A stretch of 64,000 nucleotides of DNA from Mobula hypostoma (lineage: Eukaryota): the NCBI RefSeq assembly GCF_963921235.1, contig NC_086108.1, forward strand, positions 46,936,001 to 47,000,000. Direction: 5' to 3'. Each line of letters begins with the position of its first letter. The stretch's first letter is position 1. The translations under genes and the position numbers were made by a program. Positions 12,655 to 25,041 of this stretch are shown in pieces. The notes beneath the pieces were generated by a model. It was not told the origin of the DNA and did no database searches. It was given only the letters and a program-made list of their open reading frames with translations.

Positions 12655-13446
12655 TAATAATGAGACAGCCTACAGAGAAGAAGTCATCACCCTGACACAG
12701 TGGTTTCAAGAAAACAACCTCTCCCTCAATGTCGCAAAAAACAAAGGAGCTGGTTGTGGATTACAGAAGGAATAGAGACAGGCTAACCACTAATGGCATC
12801 AATGGATCTAGGGTTGACAGGGTGAACAGCTTTAAGTTCCTCAGTATACACATCACTGAGGACCTCACTTGGTCTGTACATACCAGCTGTGTGCTGAAAA
12901 AAGCACAACAGTGCCTCTTTCACCTCAGACGGCCGAAGAAGTTCGACATGATCCCCAAATCCTAAGGGCTTTCTGCAGGGGCAAAATTGAGAGCATCCTG
13001 ACTGGCTGCATCACTGCCTGGTATGGGAACTGTACTTCCTTCAATCACAGGACTCTGCAGAGAGTGGTGCAGACAGCCCAGTGCATCTGTAGATGTGAAT
13101 TTACCACCATTCAGGACATTTACAGTGACAGGTGTATAAAAAGGGCCCGACAGATCACTGGGGGCCCGAGTCACCCCAACCATAAACTATTCCAGCTGCT
13201 ACCATCTGGGCAACTGTACTGCGGCATTAAAGCCAGGACCAACAGGCTCCAGGACAGCTTCTTCCACCAGGCCATCAGACTGATTAACTCATGCTGACAC
13301 AACCGTATTTCTAAACTATATTGACTGTTCTGTTGTATATCTTACTGTACTTGCTAATATTACAAATTACAATAATTTGCTCATTCAGACGGAGACATAC
13401 TCCTCATGCATGTGAATGATGTAAGAAATAAAGTCAATTCAATTCA
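12655..13446 (+). mobile_element. Rex1/Babar LINE 3' part inserted in a CR1 remnant
   Basis: NNLSLNV.KTKELVVDYRR, FKFL.IHITEDLTWS, IESILTGCITAWYGN, RLQDSFFHQAIRL; tail AATAAAG(TCAAT)n. Confidence 0.88.
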
Positions 13447-13613
13447 TAACTGAAGTGCTCTATCTCAGGTAACATTGTGGTGTATATCCAGCACTATGGC
13501 ATCCTTCCTATTGTGTGGCACGCAATATGCCAGCTAGGCTCTGACCAATGTTTTAAAAAGTTGGAATAGTTTCCCTGCCCTTATATTCAATGCCCTAATT
13601 AATGAAGCAATAA

Positions 13614-13740
13614 AAAGTCCTGATGCAGGGTTTTGATCCAAAATGTAGACAATTCCTTCCTCAACAGATATCAACTTGCTAAATTCTTCCAGCAGGTTGA
13701 TTGTTTCTTCATGTTCCAGCATCTGTAGTCTCTTGTATCC
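13614..13740 (+). mobile_element. Short decayed PLE pLTR copy starting at the hammerhead
   Basis: AGTCCTGATGCAGGGTTTTGATCCAAAATGTAGAC followed by TTCCAGCATCTG tail shared with other copies. Confidence 0.6.
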
Positions 13741-15395
13741 AGAGTTAAGGAAGAGCCGTATCCCACGTCCCTTCTCAACCACGTAATTTGCTGCCATCGA
13801 AGATTTTTGACCTGCAGTGCACATTGTATCTGGTATAAATTGATTGCAGTGATATTACAGTGCGGACTGAGGTAGCAATTAAATGGGCTCCCTAATCCCA
13901 AATAGCATAAAGTTTCTAGAATATCTAAGATGGACTCAATCAGTCAAGCAGAAAGTTTTCCTTCAGATTCGTATGACCTATAGATAGTGGAGAGGCTTTG
14001 CACAGTGAGGTGACTGGCTTGCTGCAGAATGTCCACCTTCTGATCTTTTCTTAATGGCGTAATACTTGGGTGGATGTTTCACTTAAATTTCAAAGCAAAG
14101 GTAATTGGCCAGGATGCACATGGCAGTGACTATGTTGATGCCACTAAACATTAGAATAGAATAGTATGTGATATAGCACTAATCACCCAAGTGTGAATAC
14201 TTTCCTAGTCTTGTCGCATGCAAGCAAAGATTGTGTTGTTATTTGTGCAGAACTGGAAATAGATTAAACACCATACCTCATTAGCAACTATTCTCTATTT
14301 TTGATATGATGTAAGGAAAGGGTTAAGGATATTTGGGTCAAAGGAGAATGCACTCTGGAACTTGTGCTTGAAATAATTAGACTAAAATAACAACCATTTC
14401 CCCCCCAATGGTATATGTAACACCAGCCAGTTGAGCATTCCTTCCCTTATCCCTGATGATTAGTTTTGCTTGGGTTCCTTGACACTACACTCAATTAAGT
14501 GCTGCTTTGAGATTAGCGGCAGTAACTTTTGCCTCACCACTGGAACTTGTCACTTCTCACTGTTTGGAGCAGGTGATAGTAAAGTGAGAAGCCAAGTCTT
14601 TATGGTTGAACCCTAATAAAACATCAGTGAGCTGACCAGTGCAATAAATAGCAGTTCATAGCACTGTTGATGGCAGCTTCCATGAATTTGCTGGCAATTG
14701 GGGAAAAAAACATACTAAGAGCATCAGAAATAGAAACAGGAGCTCCACATTCCAGTCTGTTGCCCGGATTTCTCAACCAAAAATCTCTGTTTCAACTTGG
14801 AGCATATTAAATAATTCAGCTTCCAGCATTGTTAGTGAATTCCAAAGATTCACAACCACCTGAAATAAACGTGCCTCCCTCTTCAAGCCAAATGGGTGAC
14901 CATGTTTTCTGAAATTATATTCTCATGTTGTGGATTCCCTCACAAAGGAAAATAACCTCCTTATACAAGATTCTGAGAAGCCTTGAAATTTCAGGAGATG
15001 GATAGAATGACATCTGGCAGGTTACAGGTCTTGTTTTTTATAGGCAAGATGTGTACTACTTCTGCAGCCTCTTCCACAGGTGGAGCAGGAGTTACCCGAG
15101 AGGAAGGTAGGTATTCTGAGAGTTGCTCTTCTCCTCCCTTCAATTAAGCAGGGTTTTTATGTGCTCCTAGTATATGGCCTCACGGCTCTCAATGCTATCC
15201 TAAATGCTCTTTCTTCATATGAGCGGTCATGGGATATTTTTTTTAAAAATGGTGGGGATGTTGCTTTCCTTCAAGGAAGCTCTGACCACATTCTTAAATC
15301 TCATCTCTGCCTGCCTAGAGATCTCTTCCCACTGAGAGAGCTCGGTACAGAGTGCCTGATTTGTGAGTCAGGTTCCAGGTGACCAAACTATGTGC

Positions 15396-15604
15396 AACAC
15401 ACACAAAATACTGGGGGTACTCAGCAGGTCAGGCAGTATCCATGGAGGAAAATAAATAGTCTATGCTTAGGGTCAGGACACTTGGTCACACCTGAAACAT
15501 CAACGGTTTTATTTCCCTCCACTGATGCTGCCTGACCTGCGAAGTAATCCAACATTTTGCTTGCGTTGCTCAAGAATTTCAGCATCTGCAGAATCACTTG
15601 TGTA
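15396..15604. mobile_element. Palindromic (inverted pLTR) PLE-derived short element, old
   Basis: Arms CAACACACACAAAATACTGG..GCAGGTCAGGCAG and CTGCCTGACCTGC..CAACATTTTG are reverse complements; centre is a decayed hammerhead. Confidence 0.7.
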
Positions 15605-16544
15605 TCTGGTGAGAAAATTATTTATCTAACGTGGCCAACAAATATAACAAGGGCCTGAATACTGCAGGTGTTAGTCTGGAGGGGACCTGTTGGTTCACCA
15701 GGACATATCTGACCAATTTTCTACGTTGTCAGATGGATGTCAATGTTGCAACGGAATTGGAACGACTGAGCTCAAGGTCTGGCTTCTCTGGGATGCATTG
15801 TTAGTACAAAATAAGATTTTGACAGGGCTGTGACGAGTAAATTTAACATTTCTTTATAGCATGTGGAGTGAATAACTGTGAAGTGGGCACCTTAGAAGAA
15901 GAATGAGATGGATTGTGCTGGAAGTAGTTTGGAAGTACTTCACACTTGTTATCTGTGTGATGGTGTTAGAATCTGCCATCATTGTGGAGGGAGAGATGTC
16001 AATGGAGTTCCCACCTCATAGGTTGTTGGAATCTCTACTGCTGTTCATGACTGAATATGGCAAGGCTGCAGACTGATCAATTTGCTCCATATGTTGATCA
16101 GTGCTTTGACTATTGATCATCCAGTTGGTCCTCGTTTCGCTTCACTGTATTAACAACACATTCTTAATCCACATGTTGCTGCTCCTGATCTGCTCAGCTA
16201 GAGTTTTCATTGAACTAACATTAGCCTCCCAGCACTGAGATACGTAAAAGCTTCGGTGCGTGTGATGTGATGAACTTCGTACTTTACAACAAGACTGCAA
16301 AGAAATATCTTTTGCAGACCATGACCTCTACTTCCTCGGGTGGCTAAAGAAATTTGACACATTCCCTTTGACCCTTATCAATTTTTATCAATGCACCGTA
16401 GAAAACATCCTATCCAGACGCTTCACTGGCAACTGCTGTGCCTGTGACTGCAAGAAACTGCAAGGAGTTGTGGACACAGCTCAGCATATGAGGGAAACCA
16501 GCCTCCCCTCCATGGACTCTCCAAGGCACTTTCTGCTGCATTGG

Positions 16545-16777
16545 TCTATAAGGAGTTTGTACATTCTCCCCCTGATCATATGGGTTTCCTGTGGGTGCTC
16601 CAGTTTCCTCCCACAGTCCAAGACATACCAGTTAGTAGGTTAACTGGTCATTGTAAATTGTCCTGTGATTAGGCTGTGTTAAGGAGGTGGGTTGCTGGGA
16701 GACACAACTTGGCTGGGCCAGAAGGGGCTGTTCCACGCAAGCGAATAATAAACAAACAAACAAACAAACAAATAAAT
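16545..16777 (+). mobile_element. 5'-truncated V-SINE with (AAAC/AAAT)n tail
   Basis: GGGTTTCC..GGGTGCTCCAGTTTCCTCCCACAGTCCAAGAC V-domain; tail resumes after the Tc1 at 18349-18436. Confidence 0.8.
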
Positions 16778-18348
16778 AGTGTCTATAAAATTTGCCCCTC
16801 CCCTTAAAAGTTTTCATGTTTTACAACAGTGAATCACAGTGGATTTAATTTGACTTTTTTGACGCTGATCAACAGAAAAAGGCACTTTCATGTCAAAGAG
16901 AAAACAAATCCCTACAAAGTGATTTAGATTAATTACAAATGTAAAACACAAAATAACTAATTGCATAAGTATTCAACCCTTCAAGTCAGTATTTGGTAGA
17001 GGCACCTTTGGCAGCAATTACAGCCTTGAGTCTATGTGGGTAGGTCTCTATCAGCTTTACACATCTGGACACTGCAATTCTTCCCCATTCTTCTTTACAA
17101 AACTGCTCAAGCTCTGTCAGATTGCATGGGGGTCATGAATGAACAGCCCTTTTCAAGTCCAGCCACAAATTCTCAACTGGATTGATGTCTGGATTCTCAC
17201 TTGGCCACTCCAGGACATTAACTTTGCTGTTTTAAAGCCATTTCTGTGTAGCTTTGGTTTTATGCTTGGGGTCATTATCTTGCTGGAAAACAAATCTCCC
17301 AAGGCGCAGTTCTCTTGCAGACTGCATCAGAATTTCCCTGGGTTTTGCTGCATTTATTTTACCCTCTACCTTCACAAGCCTTCCAGGGCCTGCTGCATTG
17401 AAACATCTCCACAGCATGATGCAGTCACTACCATGCTTCACAATAGGGATGGTGTGCAGTGTTTGGCTTATGCCAAACATAACATTTTGTCTGATGGCCA
17501 AAAGCTCAATTTTGGTTTCATCAAACCATAGAACCTTCTTCCTGCTGACTTCAGAGCCTCCCACATGCCTTCTGGCTGAGATTTCATGAGTCTTTTCAAC
17601 AGTGGGGAGTCTCTTTGCCACTCTCTCATAAAACTGTGACTGGGGAAGCATTCAGGCAGCAGTTGTATGTGCAATCTCTCCTGTTTCAGCTACTGAAGCT
17701 TGTAACTCCCTCAGAGTTGTCATAGGTGTCTTGATGGCCTCCCTCGCTAGTCCCCTTCTTGTTTGTCACTCAGTTTTTGAGGACTGTCTGCTTTAGGCAG
17801 ATTTACAGCTCTGCCATACTCTTTCCATTTCTTGATGATTGGTTGAAGTGTACTCCAAGGGATAGTCAGTGACTTGGAAATTTTCTTGTATCCAGCCCCT
17901 TGTGTTTTTCAATAGCCTTTACATGGCGTTGCTTGGAGTGTTCTTTGTCTTCATGGTGTAGTTTTTGCCAGGATACTGACTCACCTGCAGTTGGACATTT
18001 CAGATACAGGTGTATTTTCACTGCGATCAATTGAAACACCTTGACTACACACAGGTGATCTCCATCTAACTAATTATGTGATTTGTAAAACCAATTTGTG
18101 GCACCAGTGATGATTTGGTGTGTTATATTAAAGGGGGTGAATACTTATGCAATCAATTATTTTGTGTTTTATATTTGTAATTAATTTAGATCACTTTGTA
18201 GGGATCTGTTTTCACTTTGATACGAAAAGAGTCTTTTTCTATTGATCAGTGTCAAAAAAAAAGTCAAATTAAATCCATTGTGATTCAATGCTGTAAAACA
18301 ACAAAGTATGAAAACTTCCAAGGGGGTAAATACTTTTTATAGGAACTG
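16778..18348 (-). mobile_element. Full-length decayed Tc1 transposon of the IR/DR type
   Basis: ~200-220 bp inverted repeats (16778-16981, 18131-18348) with internal AAGTATTCACCCC-like direct repeats; TA flank; frameshifted transposase with VLWFDETKIEL, KHG..CIMLW, FQQDNDPKH. Confidence 0.93.
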
Positions 18349-19699
18349 TAAATAAAAATATAGATGTATAGATTAGAGAGATATATAAATAAATAAACAA
18401 ATAAATAGGTAAATAAATAAGTAGATAGATAGATAAATAAAAGCAGCCAACAAATTCAAAGATCCCACCCACCCTGGAAATTCTCTCTTCCCTCCGCTCC
18501 CAAGGGCAGAAGATACAAAAACCTGCCAATTGGCTCATGGACAGTTTCTATTCCACAGTGAGAAGCCTATTCCCTGGTATGATATAATGTACTCTTAACA
18601 TCACAATTGATCTCGTTATGACCTTGCAGCTTATTGTCTACCTGCACTGCACTTACTCTGTAATTGTAACAATTTATTCTGCGCTGTTTGTTTTACCTCG
18701 TACTTCCTCAGTGCACTGTTGTAATGAATGAATTCTGTATGGCAAGTTATGCACTGCACCTTGGCGCATGTCATAGAAATATCTTGCGTGCATGTCACCA
18801 ATACCATCCTTGATTGCAGACAGAATCAGCTCAAGCACAAGGTTGATGTTGTAGTCTGGTGCAATGATACCATCTTCCATGAAAAACGTGACCATTTCTG
18901 TGGAAAGTCAATCTTAGGGATTTGGACCACAGCCATGCAAACTCTTGATGTGAGATTCATGATTTCTTAAACCTGATGGCTTTAGCTCTGACCTGCTGGC
19001 ACACCATTGCTTTGACCTGCCCTCCAGCAGAGAGGGCTGTAAAGTACAGGTACCTCATGGGAAGGATTATGATGGGAGTTGAAATTAGAATCCAAATTAG
19101 AATCTTTTCTCTTTGCACCCTCTCTCAGATCTGTCAGTCTGTGGATTTTAGCACCTCTTGCTGGAAGTTGACGGATCCCTTGGGAGCCATAGGCCAAGAA
19201 CACCTCAGTAGTCAATTCACAGAGTGTGCAGGGAGGAAGATTTTGGTTTGTCAGGGTAAATAGGAGCAGAAAAAAAGACAACTAATCACAACTTCTTTAT
19301 CAGTGAAACTCTGGATCAACTTCTTGGTGATGTATGAAAGTCAGGTGGATGGTGGGTGGGGATGTTATAATCCCTGATTCAGGAGAGCAGACAGAAATGT
19401 ATGCAAACAGGAACAAGTATTTTCACAACAGGTACAATTTCTAGCAACAGAGATTGATTAACTGAAGAGGGTTTACAAATTCTACAGCTAGTATCCTATT
19501 GTGAATGACTTGTAAATGGTATCCTGTGGCATAGGAAAGTACACACGGAGCAGTGCAATTGAAACCAACGTCAAGTGAGCTGTCGGTTTCACACAGATTA
19601 AAGAAAGGTGTTGAGAAGTTATTGTTTCAATAATTGAAATAGCCATTGTATGTGTAAGAGCACAGTTCTGCAGTCTTGAATGTAAATCAATTATAAAAT

Positions 19700-21355
19700 T
19701 GAACCATCTTGATCCATACCGTGTTAATTCTACCTGGTTGTATTGCCTTACTAAGTGCTTGTCCAAATACCTTTTAAACAATGTTATTGTATGTGCCTTT
19801 AACACCTTCTGTAGCAGTTCATTACAAATAAATACATCCACCCCCCCCCCACCCTTTGTGGTAAAACCTACCCCCCAATCTCTTTTTAAGTTTCTCTCCT
19901 CTCAGCTTAAATCTGTGTCCTCTAACTCTAGAGGAGTTGCCTCGAGAGAAAGATTCTTTTTATCCTATCTATGCCCCTTGTAATTTTTATGAACTTATAT
20001 AAGGTCATCACTTAGCCTCCTATGCATTCCAATGAGAATAAACCCAGCCTATCCAAACTCTCCTTATAACTACAGTCCACTATTCCTGGCAACATCCTGG
20101 TGAATCTCTTTGTACTTTTTCTATTGCTAAAACGTCCTTCCTGTGGTGTGGTGTGGTGAGCAGAACTGTACAGAATTATGGCCATCACCGGGTTAAGAAC
20201 ACCCAAGTTATGGACAAACGTACCTGTGAGCAAGCTTCCATAATATTGAATTCTAAAGGTCAATGTGTGTCCATACCTGTACATCTGTTTCTAAAAATGG
20301 CAGAACTAGCTTCCTCCCTTTCTCCACTTTTTATCATTGTCCTCTCTTGTCCGTCTCATGTACTTTTGGATTACAATACCATGAAGGTACTGTTACCGTT
20401 TCAAGTGATTTTTTTAAATATATTTTCCAATTTAAGGATCTGTAAAAATGGAATCTGTTCCTTACAAGGGGTTGGTCTGTACTCCATATACAGTCTAACC
20501 GATGTTTTATGCAGCTGTAACATGTACACACTGCCTCAATGTATGAAGGCAAGCATACCAAAAGCCTTCCTTACTACCCATTGTCATCAGGCAATGGACC
20601 TGCACCCCAAAGTCTCCCTGTGTAATAGTTCTGCTAATGTCCCTGTCATTTATTCTATATTGGTTTTCAAAATTTAACTTCCCAAAATACATTACTGCTC
20701 AATGGGTTAGCAAAGATGAATTTTGTTTGGTGTTTGATCAACTAATCACAGCCCATGTGGTACCATAAACCTGCAGAATCTGCTTGAATTGAGCAACAAC
20801 AAGAAAAAAACTCAAACGAGATTCCTAATCCTGATCATTTACAGGCACTAAAGTTAAAATGTTTGGAGAATAGCTGAAGGGCGGCCTATCATAACCATCC
20901 CATCTCCTCACTCTCCTCAAATGGTCTGAAAATGCTCACACACATGAAATATGATGACTTGAGGGAAGGGAGGGCAGGCCCTCATATTCTGGGGAGCTGC
21001 ACTTCATAGAACACTACAGCACAATACAGGCCCTTCAGCCCACAAAGTTGTGCCAACCTTTTAACCTACTGTAAGATCAGTCCAACCCTTCCCTCCTGGA
21101 AAACTCTCCATTTTTCTGTCATCCAATTGCCTATCTACAAGTTTATTAAGTGCCCTTAATGTATCTAACTCTACCACCATCCCTGGCAAGGCATTCCATG
21201 CACCCAGTACTCCCTGTAAAGAGATTACCTCTAATATCCTTCCTATACCTTCCTCCAATCACCCTTAAAATTCTGCCCTTTCATTTTAGCCATTTCTGCC
21301 TTGGGAAAATGTCTCTGGCTATCCACTCTATCTATGCTCTTCTCATCTTGTATAC
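19700..21355 (-). mobile_element. Cluster of degraded CR1 3' fragments
   Basis: KRFTRMLPG..YKE.LDRLGLFSLE (20012-20284), AWNALPG.VVE (21061-21258), CR1 tail at ~21005. Confidence 0.7.
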
Positions 21356-22019
21356 CCCGAATTGCAGAAGTTGTTCCTATCAACTCTATTAGTTCCTCTT
21401 TCTAATTTTAAAAAAACTCGTAATCTCTTACTTTTCAAATACTGAGACTGCAAATTTATAATGAGTAATCTCCCTTAAAATTTAATCTATAGAATCCATT
21501 CTAGTTAATCAACATTGCATTTCCTCGGTGTCCAATTTAACCTTCTGAAGGTTTGGTATTTGGAACTGCTCATGTGCCCCAGGTGTTGCAGCAAATTTCT
21601 AGCTTACATTTATTGAGGCTAATGTTCCAGATTATTTTCTTTATCTGGCCATGAAACCCAACTCCTAAACATCTTATTACCATTTTTAAAGTCCTTTGTT
21701 CCATTATTTTTAGATCAAAGATGGATAGTAAAATTGATGACGATATTGAGCTCCATTTCCCACTCTTAAGCTCAAGAACTTAACTCTTTTTGTCAGGAAG
21801 ACTTAGCAGATCTACAGGTAATTTTATAATTTTTCAATGTTAATCTTAAAAAAATCATGCTTGTGTTTGAATGTCAGAATCATTTTAAAACATACACTGT
21901 GTTTTGTCAGTTTTGATTTTGAGTAAGCCAGAGACATAAAAGTTATACAGCCCTTCAGCCCAGCTTAACTAAGTTGTCATTTTGAGCAAGTTCCATTCCT
22001 CTGCATTTGGTCCATGTCA

Positions 22020-22118
22020 CTCAAAGTTTAAAGTTCAAACTTATTATCAAAGTATGTACACTATATACAACCTTGAGATCTATCTTCTTGCAGGCACGCA
22101 CAAAACAAAGAAACACAA
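22020..22118 (-). mobile_element. Rex1-type 3' tail; appears to continue at 24679-25041 beyond the RTE insertion
   Basis: AAAGTTCAAA-type tail and ATTATCAAAGTATGT..TACAACCTTGAGAT; reverse complement resembles tails at 52800-53112. Confidence 0.6.
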
Positions 22119-23212
22119 CTTTCTTCTTGGAAGTCTGTTGGGAATGACGATGATGTCAGTGATACCTCTGATGAGAGCGAGGCCCAGACTGGGAAGCACA
22201 GATGGGCCCGCAGGTCAGGCACATTACGGCCATTGAAAGGTTGGGTCGTCGGTCCTTGTGGTCCTGGCACTTTTGATCAAGGTCCTTCAGCCGCTGCTCT
22301 TCGAGTGTGCTGGTGCCTTTGCAGACTGCCAGGCGGCAGGCACTGTGGTCTTTGGCAACCAGTCACAGGACGCTTCCACGCAGTCTTTATAGCACTTTGT
22401 GAGGCCTCCTTGCTTTCTGGTGTCATGTGCCGGCTCAGAAAAGAATACCATCTTTGGAAGGTGGTTGTCTTCTGTCCAGACCACATGTTCAACCTATCGA
22501 AGTTGAGCCTTCATGATCAGTGTCTCTGTGCTAGAGCTCTCGGCCCTGCGTAACACTTCTGTGATGGACTCAAGATCCCATGATCTTGCAAAGGCATCAC
22601 AGGTGGAATCGGTCAAACATCTTGATGCACCTGTGGTGTGGGGTCCATGTTTCACAGCCATACAGCAGAGAAGTCAGAACTACTGCTCTGTAGACTGCCA
22701 TCTTGGTCTTCAGTCAGATGCTCCGTTCTCCCCACATACGTGTCCATGGCCTGCCAGAGGATGCCCCAGCTTTGGCAAGTCTGTTTGAGACCTCTCGATC
22801 TAGGCTGCAGGAGGAGGTGAGGCAGCGTCCCAGGTAGGTGACGGCATCAACATTGTTGAGTTGTGTGCCTTCACTCTCAATTCATGGTTCTGCAGGGTTG
22901 GTATGGGGTGCAGGCTGAAGTAGAACTTCAGTCTTCTGCAGGCTGATGGTTAGGCTGAATTTTCTTGCTGCCACAGAGAGACAGTCAGTGAGCCCCTGCA
23001 GGTCCCTTTCCCTGTGTGTTGCAAGAGTGCAGTCATCTACAAAGAGGAAGTCTCGTACTATTGCTTCCAGCACTTTGGTCTTGGCCTTGTGGTGTTGCAG
23101 ATCAAAGAAATATCGCAGATCAGTCTTGTAGTGAATTGTTATTCTGGCATCAGTCTGCGAGAACAGCATCCTGACAAAGAACAGGCTGAACAGAGTGGGC
23201 ACGAGGACACAC

Positions 23213-23362
23213 CAGACATCCCAACTCTCCCGGAAGTTCCGGAAGTCTCCCGCATATTAATAGTGGCTCCCTGATGCCCGCAAATTATATAAAATGTCCG
23301 GGAAATCATTTTTTTTGAGAGAGAGCTCGAGCGCGAGAGAGAGAGAGACAGAGAGAGGGGGG

Positions 23363-23415
<53 letters not shown>

Positions 23416-23792
23416 GGAGAGAGAGAGAGAGAGAGAGAGAGCACCATGGCAGAGTTCCAAAAAAAATATAAAACGTACGTCACCCCAGGCTACACTAAAG
23501 TGTACCCCTGCCCAATAGCAGTCAAAAATAATGACAATGCTGCTCGCTGCACTGTTTTCAACAGTGACTTTTCTATTGCCCATGGTGGGTTAAGACTGTA
23601 AAAGACATGCTGAGGTGAGTTTAACAGGTGTCATTTGTTCAGTAGCATAGCTAACGTTATTTAAACTAGCTGGCTAACTGCTAAGGAGCTACTCTATTGC
23701 AGACATCACACCTCTCCCAGAAGTTCCGGGAGTCTCCCGCAAATTGATGGTGCTACCTCCCTGAAATGAGTTTTTGCAGGGTGGGATGTCTG
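23213..23792. mobile_element. 580-bp MITE, probably hAT (Blackjack-related)
   Basis: 11-bp TIRs CAGACATCCCA/TGGGATGTCTG; flanks ACACAC/ACACAG; splits the RTE GCV.|PTLF motif. Confidence 0.8.
23317..23441 (+). repeat. (GA)n microsatellite inside the MITE
   Basis: Near-pure GA dinucleotide tract. Confidence 0.97.
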
Positions 23793-24790
23793 ACACAGCC
23801 CTGCTTGACGCCGTTAGTTACGAGGAAGGGGTCAGAGGTGCAGCTGTTTTTGATGCCCCTGGCCATCATGCTGTTATGGAATGACCTGAAATGCTGATCA
23901 GCCTTGGGCAACAGCCTGACTTGGTAAGGATGAGCCAAAGGCCCGTGCGACTGATGGTATCAAATGCCTTTGTCAGGTTCACAAAGAGGGTGCAGAGATT
24001 CTGGTTCTGTTCCTGACACTTCTCCTGGATCTGTCTGACAGCAAAGATCATGTCACTGTTCCTCTGTTAGATCTGAAACCACGTTGGCTCTCTGAGGCAA
24101 CGTCATCACGGAGGTGGGAAGTAATCCTGTTCGGTGTGATATGGGCCCTGATCTTCCCAGCTATGCTCAGGAGAGATATACCTCTGTGGTTGTCACAGAA
24201 TGCCCCGTCTCCCTTGTTCTTGTACAGCTGGATGATGTTTGCATCCCTGAAGTCCTGTGGTACACAGGCTTTCTCCCAACACTGCTGCATGAGCTCTGTC
24301 AGCCTCTGAAGAAGGGTTTTACCACTATCCTTGAAGACTTCTGGTGGGATCTCATACAGGCCAGGGGTCTTACCTAGCTGCATCTGGTTGACTGCCTTCC
24401 AAGCTTCTACTAATGTGGGAGGATCATCAAGGGCCTCCAAGACTGGGTGTTGGGGCATGTCTTCTATGGCCTGGTTGTCTGTCTGGGATGGCCTGTTCAG
24501 CAGCTGGTTGAATTGGTCTGCCTGGTGTTGGACAATGTCACCTTTGTCAGTGATGAGCACACCATCCAAGGAGCAGACTGGTGTTGTGATGTTGGACGAA
24601 GGACCGTACACTGCCTCGGGACCATGAGAAAACTTCTTTGCGTTGTTCTGGTCAGCATAGTACTGAAGTTCTATGAAGAATAGAATCAATGAGAAACACA
24701 ACAAAGTCTGGCAAGCATCCAAGGTTCCAGAAAAGACCAAATACCCAAATAGTAAAAAAAGTAACCAAATAAAACAGAACATGAGCCATG

Positions 24791-25041
24791 GAGCCCCCAA
24801 GAGTGAACAGGTAGCCTGCGGAGTCCCCGAGAGCGAGTCCGCGGGCCGTGGAGTCCCCAAGAATGAGACCATAGGCCGCGGAGTCCCCGAGAGTGAGCCC
24901 GCGGGCCGCGGAGTCCTCGAGAATGAGACCATAGGCCGCGGAATCCCCGAGAGCGAGCCCGCGGGCCGCGGAGTCCCCGAGAGCGAGCCCGCGGGCCGCG
25001 GAGTCCCCGAGAGTGAGACCACGGGCCGTGGAGTCCCCGAG
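24791..25041 (+). repeat. 30-bp CpG-rich minisatellite, 8 full units plus a partial
   Basis: GAGTCCCCGAGAGCGAGCCCGCGGGCCGCG at exact 30-nt period from 24791; cut by the Gypsy LTR at 25042. Confidence 0.95.

Larger units (their letters stand above)
16322..18760 (+). mobile_element. Rex1/Babar LINE 3' fragment (16322-16544 plus ~18437-18760) split by V-SINE and Tc1
   Basis: FYQCTVENILS...KLQGVVDTAQH; halves join as CTGCATTGGT|AAAAGCAGCC; homologous to 1860-2450. Confidence 0.75.
22119..24678 (-). mobile_element. RTE (BovB-like) LINE, 5'-truncated, frameshifted, split by a MITE
   Basis: HRGISLLSIAGKI, ESQRGFRSNRGT, NLTKAFDTISR, GVKQGCV..PTLFSLFF, FLFVDDC, LTISLQKTEV, LPKMVFFSE..RKQGG..KCYKD. 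Confidence 0.9.

Noticed and set aside
23139..23583. SL/RE-repeat ORFs
   Set aside because: Translations of the (GA)n microsatellite.
24791..25041. CRISPR-like array of 30-bp repeats
   Set aside because: Units are contiguous with no unique spacers, no cas genes, and the DNA is vertebrate.
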